Source: an uncultured Chloroflexia bacterium (GTDB lineage Bacteria > Chloroflexota > Chloroflexia > Thermomicrobiales > UBA6265). Taken from it: a stretch of DNA of 64,000 nt. The DNA lies in NCBI GenBank assembly GCA_963724295.1, contig CAVRUC010000001.1, positions 1 through 64,000 on the forward strand, written 5' to 3'. Each line of letters begins with the position of its first letter. Position 1 is the first letter of the stretch. The position numbers and the translations under genes were made by a program. The notes below the pieces were generated by a model. It searched no databases. It saw only the letters and a list, made by a program, of their open reading frames with translations, and was not told where the DNA came from. Positions 1 to 11,959 of this stretch are shown one piece after another.

Positions 1-32
1 GGTATCAAGGTATCAAGAAGGAGAGCTGATTG

Positions 33-1046
33 ATGGCTGTCAGTACCGCCGCAAATCTGAAGGGAGCCGACCTCCTCGACGTCGGGCTGCTCTCGAAGGA
101 GCAGTTCATCGCGCTCCTCGATCTCGCCGCCGAGCTGAAGGCCGCGAAGCGGAACGGGACCGAGGAACAGCGGCTCAAACAAAAAGAGATCGTCCTGATC
201 TTCGAGAAGTCCTCCACGCGTACCCGCTGCGCGTTCGAGGTGGCGGCCTACGACCAGGGCGCGCATGTGACCTACCTCGGACCCGAGGGATCGCAGATCG
301 GCCACAAGGAATCGATGAAGGACACCGCCCGGGTGCTCGGGCGGATGTACGACGCGATCGAGTACCGCGGCTTCGCGCAGGACCTGGTCGAGATCCTGGC
401 GCAGAATGCCGGCGTCCCGGTCTACAACGGTCTGACTGACGAGTTCCACCCGACGCAAATGCTGGCCGATACCCTGACGATGCGCGAGAACTCGAACAAG
501 CCGCTCGAGCAGATCGCGTTCGCCTTCCTGGGCGATGCCCACAGCAACATGGGTCGCTCGCTGCTCGAGACAGGCGCGATGCTCGGCATGGACGTGCGCA
601 TCGTGGCCCCGAAGGAGATCTGGCCGGCTGACGAGTTCATCGCGAAGCACCGGGAGCGCGCGGCCCAGACCGGGGCCCGCGTCACCGTCACCGAAGATGT
701 CGACGAGGGTGTCAAGGGCGCCGACTTCCTCCATACGGATGTCTGGGTCTCGATGGGAGAGCCGCACGAGGTGTGGCAGCAACGGATCCAGCTGCTATCG
801 CCCTATCAGATCAACGCGGACGTGATGCGACGCACCGGCAACCCGGACGTGAAGTTCATGCATTGCTTGCCCGCGTTCCACAACCGCGAGACGAAGGTGG
901 GCGAGGAAATCTACGAGAAGTTCGGAATCGATTGCATGGAAGTGACTGAAGAGGTCTTCGAGTCGCCGGCGTCGATCGTCTTCGAACAGGCCGAGAACCG
1001 GATGCATACGATCAAGGCCATTCTCGTCGCGACCCTGGCCGCCTGA
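33..1046 (+). CDS. arcB: Ornithine carbamoyltransferase (catabolic type by context)
   Basis: STRTR, HPTQ, WVSMG and FMHCLP motifs; AAGGAG RBS upstream; same operon as carbamate kinase. Confidence 0.93.
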   Translation: MAVSTAANLKGADLLDVGLLSKEQFIALLDLAAELKAAKRNGTEEQRLKQKEIVLIFEKSSTRTRCAFEVAAYDQGAHVTYLGPEGSQIGHKESMKDTARVLGRMYDAIEYRGFAQDLVEILAQNAGVPVYNGLTDEFHPTQMLADTLTMRENSNKPLEQIAFAFLGDAHSNMGRSLLETGAMLGMDVRIVAPKEIWPADEFIAKHRERAAQTGARVTVTEDVDEGVKGADFLHTDVWVSMGEPHEVWQQRIQLLSPYQINADVMRRTGNPDVKFMHCLPAFHNRETKVGEEIYEKFGIDCMEVTEEVFESPASIVFEQAENRMHTIKAILVATLAA

Positions 1047-1080
1047 GCCGGGCCGGGCGGACCGCGAGTCGGAGCGCGCA

Positions 1081-2643
1081 ATGTCGGACCAGGGTGCCAA
1101 CGGTCTTGCCCCCGAATCAGAGGAGATTCGTGCACCGAGCATGCTCGATGCCGTGACTCCGGTGGTGGCATTGATCGGGTTCATCGCCCTCTCTGTCTAC
1201 CTGTTCGGGCTCGACTCCACCAACGGGGCGCTGCAGGTTGGGCTCTTCACGGCAATGACGATCGCCGGGATGATCGCGCACAAGAACGGCCACTCGTACG
1301 TCGCGCTCTCGAATGCGATCATCGGCGGCATCTCGTCGGCTATGGGCGCCATTTTCATCCTGCTCGCCGTTGGCGCCCTGATTGGCACCTGGAACATGGC
1401 CGGGACGATTCCGACGATCGTCGACTACGGTCTCCGTCTCCTCAACCCGAACTTGTTCTACCCGCTGATCGTCGTGATCTGCGCCGCCACTGGCGCGGTC
1501 ACCGGCAGCTCCTGGACCACCGCCGGCACCCTCGGCGTCGCGTTCGTCGGGATCGCGCAGGTGATGGGTCTCTCGCCGGAGATCACGGCCGGCGCGGTGA
1601 TCTCCGGCAGCTACTTCGGCGACAAGATGTCGCCCCTCTCCGAGACGACCATCCTGGTGCCGAGTCTGGTCGGTGGCGTGACGACTGCCGAGCACATTCG
1701 CAACATGATATGGACAACCGGTCCCGCTATCGTGCTCTCCCTGCTGATCTTCCTTGGCATCAGCCTGAGGACGGATGTGACCGCATCGGTCGCCAACGTC
1801 GACGCGGCCCGGGCAGTGCTGGGCTCGGCGTTCAACATCTCGCCTATCTGCCTGGCGCCGCTGGTCTTGCTGATTGTCTTTAGCTTCATCAAATACCCGG
1901 CATTTCTTTCGATCTACCTGACCACGATCCTTTCGGGCGTCCTGGCCGTCTTTACCCAGCACGACCTCGTCATCCGTTTCGCCGGTGACCCGAACCTGAG
2001 CGAGCCGCTGGCCCTCACCAAGGGGATCTACGCCGCGATGGCGACCGGATTCGTCTCCACGACCGGGATCCCGGCCATCGATTCGCTCTTCTCCCGCGGC
2101 GGCATGAGCGGGATGTTGACCACGGTCTGGCTGATCCTCGGCGCGCTCGGCTTCGGGGCGATCATGGAGCACGCCGGATTTCTCGACAAGCTGATCAAGA
2201 GCGTGCTCACCAGGGCCAAGTCCGGTGGGGCGCTGGCGGCAACGGTGATCTTCACCGCCTTCGGTCTCAACGTCATCGCGGCCGATCAGTACATCGCCAT
2301 CGTTCTACCCTCGCGGATGTTCCGCCTCGAGTTCAAGCGGCGCGGTTACAAGCCCAAGGTCCTCTCGCGCATCGTCGAAGACTCGGGCACCGTCACTTCC
2401 GTGCTCATTCCGTGGAACACCTGCGGCGCCTATCACACCGGCGTGCTGGGCATTTCGACATTTGCCTACGCCCCGTACTGCTTCTTCAACATCATCAATC
2501 CCATCTTGTCCCTCATCTACGGATTCACAGGCTTCCACATGGAGAAGTTCGCGCCTGGTGAGGCGCCCCCGGTCGACGAGGCCGCGACGCTCCCGCTTGT
2601 TGAGGAGGCCGCGGTGCTACAGCCAGTAGGAGAAGTGTCATGA
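1081..2643 (+). CDS. NhaC-family antiporter, probably arginine/ornithine exchanger
   Basis: Polytopic membrane protein with GSSWTT, GDKMSPLSET, RGG and LIPWN NhaC motifs; sits between arcB and arcC. Confidence 0.85.
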   Translation: MSDQGANGLAPESEEIRAPSMLDAVTPVVALIGFIALSVYLFGLDSTNGALQVGLFTAMTIAGMIAHKNGHSYVALSNAIIGGISSAMGAIFILLAVGALIGTWNMAGTIPTIVDYGLRLLNPNLFYPLIVVICAATGAVTGSSWTTAGTLGVAFVGIAQVMGLSPEITAGAVISGSYFGDKMSPLSETTILVPSLVGGVTTAEHIRNMIWTTGPAIVLSLLIFLGISLRTDVTASVANVDAARAVLGSAFNISPICLAPLVLLIVFSFIKYPAFLSIYLTTILSGVLAVFTQHDLVIRFAGDPNLSEPLALTKGIYAAMATGFVSTTGIPAIDSLFSRGGMSGMLTTVWLILGALGFGAIMEHAGFLDKLIKSVLTRAKSGGALAATVIFTAFGLNVIAADQYIAIVLPSRMFRLEFKRRGYKPKVLSRIVEDSGTVTSVLIPWNTCGAYHTGVLGISTFAYAPYCFFNIINPILSLIYGFTGFHMEKFAPGEAPPVDEAATLPLVEEAAVLQPVGEVS

Positions 2644-5408
2644 GTGAAGCACGGGCAACGGACGCGACTGTTTGGTACGGACTCACCGCGGAGGAGGCGA
2701 CCAGGCAGCTCGGCGTCGATCCCTCTCGCGGACTCGATGACGCCGAAGTCCTGAAACGGCGTGAGCAGTACGGGCCGAACCGCCTGGCCGATCCACCGAC
2801 GGAATCCGGCCTTCAGAAATTTCTACGCCAGTACAAGGATCTCATGCAGATCGTCTTGCTAGCGGTGGCGATCATCAGCATCGTCGTCCTGCAAGACTTC
2901 GCGACCGGCATCTTCATCATTGGACTCACGGTGCTCAATGCCGTGCTCGGCCTCAATCAGGAAGGGAAAGCGGCCGAAAGCGTAGCGGCGCTGCGCAAGA
3001 TGCTGATCATCAAAGCGAAGGCGCGCCGGAACGGCGAGCTGGTCGAATTGCCGGCGGAGGAGCTGGTTCCGGGCGACATCATCACCTTCGAGGCGGGTGA
3101 CAAGGTGTCCGCGGACGGACGGTTGCTGACCGCGGCGGCGCTCGACATCGAAGAAGCCGGCCTCACCGGCGAGAGCGCTCCGGTCACCAAGGACACGACG
3201 CCGATCGCAGGCGATGATGTGCCGTTGGGCGACCGCCTCGACATGGCGTACATGAACTCGACCGTGACGCGCGGGCGGGGCGAGATGGTCGTGACCGGGA
3301 CCGGGATGAACACGGAGGTCGGGCAGATCTCCAACATGCTGAACCAGACCGAGGAAGAGAAGACGCCGCTGACGAAGCAGCTCGACCAGTTGACGGTGAT
3401 GATCACCGCCGCCGCCGCGGTCGCACTGGTGCTCGTCGTCGTGCTGGGACTGGCGCGCGGCCAGTCGTTCGATTCGCTCTTCCTGATGGGGATCAGCCTG
3501 GCTATCGCCGCGATCCCGACCGGCATGCCGGCGGTGGTGACGACGCTGCTCTCGCTCGGCACGCAGCAGCTCGCGGAAAAGGGCGCGATCATCAAGCGGC
3601 TGCGGTCGGTCGAGACCCTCGGCTCGACCTCGGCGATCTGCTCCGACAAGACCGGGACGCTGACCCTGAATCAGATGACGGCTCGCGAGCTCGTCCTCGC
3701 CGGACGGCGCTACTCGGTCGATGGCGAAGGGTACTCAACAGAGGGGCGGATCCTGCGAGTCGCCGGAGAGGGCGACCCACAGTTCGAGCCGATCCTCATG
3801 CCGATGGCGCTCTGCAGTGACGCGACGGTCACCGACGGGCAGATCGTCGGCGATCCCACGGAGGCGGCGCTCGTCGTGCTCGCCGCCAAGGGTGGGATCG
3901 ATGTTCCGGACACGCGAAAGGCGTACCCAAGGGTCGCCGAAGTGCCGTTCGACTCGGCCTACAAGTACATGGCCACCTTCCACCGCATGCAGCTGGATGG
4001 AGGGCGGGAGGTCATCCGGGCCTATGTGAAGGGCGCGCCCGACGTGGTGCTCGGGCTCTCGACGACTGGCCTCAATGCCCAGGGCACGCCGGAGCCAATC
4101 GAGTCCTACCGGCAACCCGCGTTGGAGCATAACGACCGGCTGGCAAGCGAAGGCTTGCGTGTCCTTGCCGTGGCCTACCGGGATTTCGACCCGAACACGT
4201 TCGACCCGTCCGGTGACCTCCTCAGTCAGGTAAAGGACCTGACGCTGGTCGCCTTCGTCGGGATCGTCGACCCGCCTCGAAAGGAAGCGAGAGACGCGAT
4301 CGCGTTGTGCAAGAGCGCCGGGATCCGGGTGCGCATGATCACCGGCGACCACGCGACGACGGCGGCAGCGATCGCGAAGCAGCTCGGTATCGAGGGGCGA
4401 GCGGTGACCGGCAACGAGTTCGCGGCGATGAGTGACGCCGAAGTCGATAAGCAGATCGACGAGATTGGGGTCATCGCCCGCGTCGCTCCCGAAGACAAGG
4501 TCCGCCTCGTCGACGTCCTCAAGCGGCTCGGGAACATCGTGGCCATGACCGGCGATGGCGTGAACGACGCGCCGGCGATCAAGCGCTCCGACATCGGCGT
4601 GGCGATGGGAATCACCGGCACCGAGGTGACGAAGGAAGCGGCCGAGATGATTCTCACCGACGACAACTTCGCCACGATCGTCACGGCCGTGGACGGGGGC
4701 CGCGCGCTCTACGACAATCTGATGAAATACATTCGCTTCCAGATCGTCTCCCTGACCGGCTTCATTGCTCTCTTCGTCCTGGCCGGGATCTTCGCCATCG
4801 CCGACGGCATCCCGCTGCAGCCGCTCCAGATCCTGTGGATCAACTTCGCCATCGACGTCGTGCTCGCGATCGGACTCGGCTTCGACGCAGCGACGCCTGG
4901 ATTGATGGAGCGGAGGCCGAGACCGGCAAATGCGCCCGTAGTCAACAGGTCAATTGGAGCGCGACTCGCGATCGGCGGCATCCTGACAGCTGCCATCGCG
5001 CTCGTCGTCATCGCGTACGGTGAAGATCGTTACGATCTGCCCGTCGCGTTGACCATGGGGCTCGTGACACTCTCGCTGTTGCACGTGGTGGCCGCTATCA
5101 GCACGCGTGATCCTGAGCGGAGCGCATTCGGGGCGCACACGTTCGCCAACCGAAGATTCAACGTGATGATCCTCGCCTGCGTCGGGTTGACGCTGCTCGT
5201 CACCGAGCTCGGCTTCCTGCAACGGATCTTCGGCACGACCTCGCTCACCGCTGAGCAGTGGGGTGTTTGCCTCCTTGCTGTTCTCGTGGCGATCGCTCTG
5301 GTCGAGATCGTCAAATTCATCCTGCGACACGTCGGTCGGGGTGCGGCTGCTGCCACTGGGGTTGAGTCGCTCCCGGCCTCAGCGCAACCTGACGCGGCGC
5401 TTGCATAG
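2640..5408 (+). CDS. Cation-transporting P-type ATPase (type IIA-like)
   Basis: [18 protein letters not shown] and GDGVND motifs; start overlaps the upstream stop. Confidence 0.95.
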   Translation: MSEARATDATVWYGLTAEEATRQLGVDPSRGLDDAEVLKRREQYGPNRLADPPTESGLQKFLRQYKDLMQIVLLAVAIISIVVLQDFATGIFIIGLTVLNAVLGLNQEGKAAESVAALRKMLIIKAKARRNGELVELPAEELVPGDIITFEAGDKVSADGRLLTAAALDIEEAGLTGESAPVTKDTTPIAGDDVPLGDRLDMAYMNSTVTRGRGEMVVTGTGMNTEVGQISNMLNQTEEEKTPLTKQLDQLTVMITAAAAVALVLVVVLGLARGQSFDSLFLMGISLAIAAIPTGMPAVVTTLLSLGTQQLAEKGAIIKRLRSVETLGSTSAICSDKTGTLTLNQMTARELVLAGRRYSVDGEGYSTEGRILRVAGEGDPQFEPILMPMALCSDATVTDGQIVGDPTEAALVVLAAKGGIDVPDTRKAYPRVAEVPFDSAYKYMATFHRMQLDGGREVIRAYVKGAPDVVLGLSTTGLNAQGTPEPIESYRQPALEHNDRLASEGLRVLAVAYRDFDPNTFDPSGDLLSQVKDLTLVAFVGIVDPPRKEARDAIALCKSAGIRVRMITGDHATTAAAIAKQLGIEGRAVTGNEFAAMSDAEVDKQIDEIGVIARVAPEDKVRLVDVLKRLGNIVAMTGDGVNDAPAIKRSDIGVAMGITGTEVTKEAAEMILTDDNFATIVTAVDGGRALYDNLMKYIRFQIVSLTGFIALFVLAGIFAIADGIPLQPLQILWINFAIDVVLAIGLGFDAATPGLMERRPRPANAPVVNRSIGARLAIGGILTAAIALVVIAYGEDRYDLPVALTMGLVTLSLLHVVAAISTRDPERSAFGAHTFANRRFNVMILACVGLTLLVTELGFLQRIFGTTSLTAEQWGVCLLAVLVAIALVEIVKFILRHVGRGAAAATGVESLPASAQPDAALA

Positions 5409-5464
5409 CACTCGCCGGCAGCCATCGGTCGCTTGGCGAGGAGCTCACGAGGAGGAAGGACGCT

Positions 5465-6379
5465 ATGCGAGTCGTCGTCGCGCTCGGGGGAAATGCGCTC
5501 CTCAAGCGAGGAGAGCCAACGACCGCCGATGTGCAGCGCGCCAATGTGAAAGTCGCGGCGCGGGCACTAGCGCCCGTGTCCCGCGATCACCAGCTCATCG
5601 TCACTCACGGGAACGGGCCGCAGGTCGGGCTTCTGGCGCTGCAAGCACAGGCGTATTCGGGTGCGGAAGCATATCCGCTCGACGTGCTTGGCGCTGAAAC
5701 CGAGGGGATGATCGGCTACATGCTCGAACAGGAGCTGGGCAACCTGGTCCCGTTCGAGGTCCCGCTGGCCACACTTCTCACGATGGTCGAGGTCGATCCG
5801 GCTGATCCGGCCTTCGGCGATCCGACCAAGTTCGTCGGCCCAGTCTACGATCGGGCCGAGGCGGACCGCCTGCAGCAGGAGAAGGGTTGGACGTTCAAGC
5901 AGGACGGGGACAAGTGGCGTCGCGTCGTGCCCTCTCCACTACCGAAGCGGATCTTCGAGATCCGGCCGATCAAGTGGTTGCTGGACCAGGGCGCCATCGT
6001 CATCTGCGCCGGCGGCGGAGGTATCCCGACCGCCTACGCGCCAGGCGGCAATCGCAAGCTCGGCGGCATCGAGGCGGTGATCGACAAGGACCTGGCCAGT
6101 GAGCTGCTCGCGCGCGAGCTCGACGCCGATCTGTATGTCATGGCGACCGACGTCGACGGTGTCTACCTCGACTTTGGCAAGCCCAACCAGCGGAGGCTCA
6201 ACCGGGTGACGACGGCCGAATTAACTGAACACCCGTTCCCGGCCGGTTCGATGGGACCGAAAGTGGCGGCCGCAATGCAGTTCGTCGAATCAACCGGCAA
6301 GCGGGCCGCGATTGGCGCACTGGCCGACATTGAGGGAATCGTGGCCGGCGAGAAAGGTACGAATGTCGTGCCGGCATGA
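5465..6379 (+). CDS. arcC: Carbamate kinase
   Basis: [26 protein letters not shown] and GSMGPK motifs. Confidence 0.96.
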   Translation: MRVVVALGGNALLKRGEPTTADVQRANVKVAARALAPVSRDHQLIVTHGNGPQVGLLALQAQAYSGAEAYPLDVLGAETEGMIGYMLEQELGNLVPFEVPLATLLTMVEVDPADPAFGDPTKFVGPVYDRAEADRLQQEKGWTFKQDGDKWRRVVPSPLPKRIFEIRPIKWLLDQGAIVICAGGGGIPTAYAPGGNRKLGGIEAVIDKDLASELLARELDADLYVMATDVDGVYLDFGKPNQRRLNRVTTAELTEHPFPAGSMGPKVAAAMQFVESTGKRAAIGALADIEGIVAGEKGTNVVPA

Positions 6380-6655
6380 CCACGCTGTAACCACAATGGT
6401 TGAGCGGTCATTGCGCCGTACGAGAAGGGGCCGTACGCCGGCTCAGGAACCTTTTTCCCAGGCGAGGATCGGTGTCCGCCGCTGGTGAGCTCCAGCCGAT
6501 CTCGTGGAACCACGTAGTACCTGAAGGTGCATCTCCGCCTTTTGACTGGCGACAGTACGACTCCCGGCGTCTTATACGAAGGACCATTGCGCGTAGGGCT
6601 TTGGGATGCCTGTCAGGAAATCGACTCGCGTTGCGCTGGGCAAAAGGAGGTCATC

Positions 6656-6961
6656 GTGTGCTGCGTCTTCTTGATTCTGGCGTTTCTCGGCCCGCGGGCG
6701 GGAATCCTCATTTGGTGGCTCGCAGACCAGGCCATCTGGAACGCGACATTCGATCGCTTCATCTGGCCGTTGCTCGGATTCCTATTCGTGCCCTGGACGA
6801 CCCTGATGTACGTCATTGTGGCGCCGGCGGGCCTCGAGGGCTTCGACTGGATCTGGCTGGGCATCGCCTTCGTGGCGGATATCGCCATGTACTCCGGCGG
6901 CGTCTACAAGCGCCAGGAGGTCCCGGGCTACAACCAGTACGTGAGCAAAACCGGGCAATAA
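6656..6961 (+). CDS. Small hypothetical membrane protein
   Basis: AAGGAGG RBS then GTG; three hydrophobic segments (GPRAGILIWW, PWTTLMY). Confidence 0.75.
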   Translation: MCCVFLILAFLGPRAGILIWWLADQAIWNATFDRFIWPLLGFLFVPWTTLMYVIVAPAGLEGFDWIWLGIAFVADIAMYSGGVYKRQEVPGYNQYVSKTGQ

Positions 6962-7167
6962 GCTGGCAGCAGCGGTGTTCGTCGCAGAGCACGTCGGCGG
7001 AGATCGCGCGGGGAGCGGCCAGTGTTCGATCTATGCAGACATTGCGACTTTAGGCCGATGTGCCTCGGACCCGATGGTTGCTAGCCTGGGCTAACCCGAT
7101 TCTTGATCGGGCGCAACCCGGTACAGCGGGAGGTGCAGTGCCTGCAACGCGTGCTAGGAGGGTCAGC

Positions 7168-7554
7168 ATGGATGATGAACGCGGAGAGCGCGTCGCCCCA
7201 GCGCCTGGGGACGGCGCCAGGCGGCGATGGCCGGTGAGCGGGGTGCTCAGCAGCGTGCTCGGGATCCTCAGCTCGAGCCAGGTGGCGGCCCAGGGCGATA
7301 CCGCGACCGCCGGCAGCGGCGGCTACGCCACCGCGAGCGCCGGTGGCGGTGGCGTCGTCGTCGGCGACATCAACAGCGGCGGCAATACCGGTAACGCCGT
7401 CGGCGTCGGGGACACCTCGGGCTCGGTGTGGGTCGATGGCGGGGACGTGTCCAATTCGACGTCGGTCGGCATCACCGCCGACGGTGGCACGGCAATCGCC
7501 GACGCCTCCGGGGGGAATTACAACATGGCGATCGGCGGCGGGTTCGTCAGCTAG
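7168..7554 (+). CDS. Secreted Gly/Asp/Ser-rich protein
   Basis: AGGAGG RBS; RRR plus hydrophobic signal; GGTAIADASGG-type low-complexity body. Confidence 0.65.
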   Translation: MDDERGERVAPAPGDGARRRWPVSGVLSSVLGILSSSQVAAQGDTATAGSGGYATASAGGGGVVVGDINSGGNTGNAVGVGDTSGSVWVDGGDVSNSTSVGITADGGTAIADASGGNYNMAIGGGFVS

Positions 7555-7747
7555 TGTGACGAGTCGGTGCTCGGATGTGTGCAGTGACACATGCGGCGCC
7601 TGGTGCACGTGGAGCTGTGGCTCTGCGAAGGAAACACGGACTGCTGCGACCAGTGGTCTCTGCCATCTGCCCCGCCTGAGCGGCACCGGGGCTCGACCGA
7701 ACGGCCCCTGGGTCGGAGCGTGCCGCAACAACGTGAAGGAGCATGCA

Positions 7748-8419
7748 ATGCGTCGCTTGGTGATCCTGATTTCGGTCCTCGCTGTGGCCGCGCTGAACGT
7801 GGCCGTCGTCCCGGCCAGTGTGGCCGCGCAGGCCACACCGGATGCGGGCAAGGACCGAGCAGTGCCCGCGGAGGAGTGCCGTGTCGAGCCGCGCTCTGCC
7901 GACGAGCTCTTCGCGCTCCTCGGGCTGGCGGAGGGCGCCGAGCAGGCCGCGCCTGCAGCGCGTACACCCGTGCCGGCACCGCCGTGGACCGCGGCCGACA
8001 AGGAAACAGCAGCGGCGGCGGAGGCGACTGCCCGCGAGTGGGTGGCCTGCATCAACGCCGACGACAACCTGCGCCTGGCCGCGCTCATGAGCGACGGCGC
8101 GCTCACCCGGTTTTTCGCGAGCGCACGGGCCGCCGACGCGATCGAGGAAGCGCGGGCGAACCTGGCCGGGACGCCGGTGCCGCGGGCGGAGGAGGAGCGC
8201 GCCCAACTCTTGACCGTGACCGACGTGGCTCGGTTGGACGACGGGCGGATCGTCGCGTTGGCCGAGATCAAAGAGCCGGCGATGCGGCCGGGCGGAGAAG
8301 AGGCCCTGCTCCTTGTCTTCACTCCCGTCGGAGAACGATTGCTGATCGACGACATCATCCAGATGAGCGTCGCTCCCGCGCGGCCTGCGACGCCGGTCGC
8401 CGGAACGCCGCAGCCGTAA
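7748..8419 (+). CDS. Secreted hypothetical protein (AQATP signal end)
   Basis: AAGGAG RBS; classical signal peptide; ECRVEPRS and W-x-ACIN cysteine pair. Confidence 0.75.
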   Translation: MRRLVILISVLAVAALNVAVVPASVAAQATPDAGKDRAVPAEECRVEPRSADELFALLGLAEGAEQAAPAARTPVPAPPWTAADKETAAAAEATAREWVACINADDNLRLAALMSDGALTRFFASARAADAIEEARANLAGTPVPRAEEERAQLLTVTDVARLDDGRIVALAEIKEPAMRPGGEEALLLVFTPVGERLLIDDIIQMSVAPARPATPVAGTPQP

Positions 8420-8474
8420 CTGCGAGGAGACTGCAGGACAAGATCAACCGTCCCGCTGAACTCGATGCTCCGAG

Positions 8475-8523
8475 CACACCCGTTGAGTCCCCGGCCTACC
8501 AAAGCCGTGGATCAACGGGTGTG
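8475..8523. repeat. Intergenic stem-loop
   Basis: Perfect 12-bp inverted repeat CACACCCGTTGA/TCAACGGGTGTG with further inner pairing. Confidence 0.6.
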
Positions 8524-8663
8524 GGGCGACCGACCAATGCGCTTGGAAGTTACTCCATTAACCGATGAAGTTCCGATCAGGACCGACCATCGCTACTTCG
8601 ATCCAGGCTCACATGGGCGAGGCGCGCCAGCAACGAATTGAGCGGTTTCTGGAGGGGCCTTAG

Positions 8664-10108
8664 ATGGAAAGTGCCAATGGTCACCGGCAAATCGGCGTGT
8701 TTGACGCAGCTTTCCTGGGTGTTGGCGCGATGGTCGGTGCCGGCATTTTCGCGTTGCTTGGCGAAGCGGGGACCATTGCTGGCAGCGCGGTGTGGCTTTC
8801 TTCCTTGATCGCCGGCGTGATCGCGCTGCTGCAGGGCTACTCCTTTGCGAAGCTGGGCACCAGATATCCCTCGCGGGGGGGAACCATTGAGTTCCTCGTG
8901 CAAGGCTTTGGCAACGGGCACGTGACCGGGAACGTCTCCTGGCTGTTCTACGTGGTCGGCCAGGTCATCACGGTCATGGTGGCCCTCTCGTTCGGCAGCT
9001 ACGCGGGGATTTTGTTCTTTGGCGAAGACGTCGCACCAGAGGCGACCAAGCTTCTAGCTTTGGTGATCATCGCGGTCATGGCGCTGCTCAATCTGCAAGC
9101 GGACCGGGAAGGCGTGGCGCGTGTCCAGACAGCGATCGTCTGGGTCGTCATCGCCATTCTGGGTGGGTTTGCCTTTATCACCATTCGTCACGCCGACTTC
9201 TCCCTACTTTCACCGACCAACTACCCACCGGCCCGCTCTATCATCTCGAGTGTCGCCCTGACCTTTTTCGCCTTCCTGGGATTCGCCGTGGTCGCCTTTT
9301 CCGCGGGGGACATGGAGAACCCGCGCCGAGACCTGCCCAAGGCCATGTATCTGTCCCTGATCATCACCACCGTGCTCTACGTCGCGATTGCGATCGGTGT
9401 ATACGGCATGCTCCCGCTCGAGGAGGTCATTGCCGCCGGTAACACCGCCATTGCCGCCGCCGCCGCGCCGATTCTCGGAAGCGCCGGCTTCGTGATCATG
9501 ACGATTTGCGCCTGCTTTTCGACGTCCTCGGCGGTCAATTCCCAATTCTTCGCGACCACAGGAGTCGTCGCCTACCTCGCCGAGATTGGCCAGTTTCCGC
9601 CGGTCCTGGGGAACAAAGCCGGAGCCAATGGGAACGTCGGAGTGGTGATCTCGACCATTTTCGTCTCGGTACTCACTTTGCTTTTTGATTTGTCGGCAAT
9701 CGCATCCATCGGCAGCGCCGTGGCCCTCGTCATCTTCATGATGGTGGGCATTGCCCACGTCAGGCTCATCAAGGAAACCGGCGCCAACATCGTGATCGTC
9801 TATCTCTCGATCATTAGCGTCGTCATCACCCTCGTGGTATTCGCAGTCGAGACGTTGTCCAGGGGCCGGCAACCGCGCTGGCAATCGTCATTTTCCTGGC
9901 GTTGTCGGTCGTCGTTGATCGGTTTTGGAGGCGCGTTCCATCTCTCAAGCAGAACGATTCCCCAGTTCCCGTCGCTCCGGCTCGACACCAGTACCAGATC
10001 GATAGAAGCAGCGCCGCTCGCTGTTCACGGAGGGGAGCAGCGAGCGGCCAGCCCCTACGCGGTGAGGAGCAAGAAGGACCGACGGAGGATAAGACAGGGG
10101 TCGGATAA
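8664..10108 (+). CDS. APC-family amino acid permease, frameshifted near 9858
   Basis: GAMVGAGIF, PSRGG and FFAFLGF motifs; last TM helix (ALAIVIFLALSVVVD) continues in another frame to TAA at 10108, abutting the next start. Confidence 0.85.
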
Positions 10109-11374
10109 GTGAGCGATCAGGACTGGATACTGTTTCTGCTCATCGTGGTCCTCTATGCGGTCTTTGCCGGTTGGCTCGGGCACTTCTCAGTAACCATGCC
10201 GATGGTCCTCGTCGGGGCCGGCGCGCTCACGGGCCCGGACGTGCTCGGCCTCATCGACATCCCGACTTCAGCGGCTGGCGTTGAACGAGTCGCCGAAGTG
10301 ACGCTTTCCCTACTGCTGTTCGCCGACGCGGCGGCGCTCGATCTCGGCCGGTTGAGACACCACGCTGGATTGGTAGGGCGATTGCTGTTGATCGGTCTGC
10401 CCTTGACCGTGATGCTGGGCGCTTTCGCGGCATTTGCCTTGTATCCCGCCCTGGGTCTCGGCTTCGCGCTCCTGGTTGCCGCAATCCTCGCCCCGAGCGA
10501 TGCCGCCCTGGCGATGCCGACGTCTGGCGACCGCCACGTTCCAGTGCGGATTCAGCGGGTGCTTCGTATTGAGAGCGGGCTGAACGATGGCCTCGCTGCC
10601 CCGCTGGTGGCCCTGTTCGTCGCGCTGACTCTCGAGGGGAATCGACCGCGCGAGAATGGCTGGCTCCTCGACGCGCTTTCCCATGTCGGCCTGGCGGTGG
10701 TGGTCGGAGCGGCGATCGGTCTGGTCGGTGGGCGGCTCTTCGCCGCCGCGGTCACAAACCACTGGACAACACCCGTCGCCGAGCGTTTCGGCAATCTGGC
10801 GCTGGCGCTGGGCATCTTTTGGGCCTCCCACGCCGTTGGCGCCAATGTCCTCGTCGCCGCATTCGTCGGTGGCCTGGCCTTCGGCGCCGTGACTCATTCA
10901 CGGCTCCACGGAGCCACCGAGTTTACTGAGATAGCAGGCACGATCTTTTCGATCTTCATCTGGACTGTATTCGGAGCCAACCTTGTCGTGCCGATCTTGC
11001 GGGCGGCCGACGCCCGAGCTGTCGTCTTCGCCATCGTTGCTCTCACCTTCGTCCGCATGATTCCCGTGGCGCTCAGCTTGATCGGATCCGGTCTGCGGCC
11101 GGACACCGTGCTGGTGATTGGCTGGCTGGGGCCGCGAGGCCTGCCATCAATCATCCTCATGTTGGTCGCCTATGAGGCGCTTCATGGGGCGGAGCCGGAG
11201 GCGAGCACGCTAACCACGGTGGTTAGCTGGGCCATCGTCATGAGCCTGCTGTTTCATGCGCTGACGGGGCCGCTCTTGACGCGATGGTATGCGCGGCGTT
11301 TGGAAAATGCCCCGGCCGGAATCCCCGAGATGCTGCCCCGGTTGGAATTGCCAGCGGATTATTCCTCCAGGTGA
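10109..11374 (+). CDS. Cation:proton antiporter (CPA1/NhaP-like)
   Basis: LAPSD, ESGLNDG and GPRG motifs; polytopic. Confidence 0.88.
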   Translation: MSDQDWILFLLIVVLYAVFAGWLGHFSVTMPMVLVGAGALTGPDVLGLIDIPTSAAGVERVAEVTLSLLLFADAAALDLGRLRHHAGLVGRLLLIGLPLTVMLGAFAAFALYPALGLGFALLVAAILAPSDAALAMPTSGDRHVPVRIQRVLRIESGLNDGLAAPLVALFVALTLEGNRPRENGWLLDALSHVGLAVVVGAAIGLVGGRLFAAAVTNHWTTPVAERFGNLALALGIFWASHAVGANVLVAAFVGGLAFGAVTHSRLHGATEFTEIAGTIFSIFIWTVFGANLVVPILRAADARAVVFAIVALTFVRMIPVALSLIGSGLRPDTVLVIGWLGPRGLPSIILMLVAYEALHGAEPEASTLTTVVSWAIVMSLLFHALTGPLLTRWYARRLENAPAGIPEMLPRLELPADYSSR

Positions 11375-11680
11375 CAACGGGTGCTCGGTCTTGTTCCAGT
11401 TTCCGGGGCACGAACTTGTCAGTCGCAACCGTTCCGACCTCTTACGCTGGCCCTGATCGACTCCATGATATTGCTCTGTACCGGTCCTTGTGGACATTAC
11501 GACTTTGGACCGATGTGGCTAGGACTTGCTCGTTGCTAGCGTGAGGCAAGCCAAATCCTAACTCGGGCGCGATCACGCGTAACCGCGCGCACTGACGGCA
11601 CGGGGCGAACAATTGGGCATCCACTTTAGAGTCGCGATGACCTTCGTGAACTATTCCCGGACGTGCAAGGAGTAATCCCT

Positions 11681-11881
11681 ATGGCAGCTGAGCTCGTCGC
11701 CACGCCCGAGGAGTACCGTGGGGATCTCAGAGTCCGCGTTCAACCTGGTCGCCTATGGACGATCGTCACCTTCATGGTCATGGCCGTCATCTTCACGCTC
11801 GCGGTGTTAGTCGACCTTCTGTGGAAGCGAATTCGCGGCGCAGTGCCTTCTCATCCCGAGGTCGCGTCAGGGAAACCGTAG
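11681..11881 (+). CDS. Small single-TM protein
   Basis: AAGGAG RBS; one TM helix; N-terminus resembles that of the next gene. Confidence 0.65.
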   Translation: MAAELVATPEEYRGDLRVRVQPGRLWTIVTFMVMAVIFTLAVLVDLLWKRIRGAVPSHPEVASGKP

Positions 11882-11959
11882 CGGACGGCCACCGTCCTGG
11901 CGGCATGGCGTCGGCGCACTCGTTCCAGCGCCGGCAAAGAAGGCTAAGGAGTGAATCAC

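Noticed and set aside
1..17. GGTATCAA direct repeat at the window start
   Set aside because: Only two short copies at the edge; cannot be interpreted without upstream sequence.
11480..11600. Hairpins upstream of the SHOCT cluster as a riboswitch
   Set aside because: Short imperfect stems with no recognisable aptamer or terminator.
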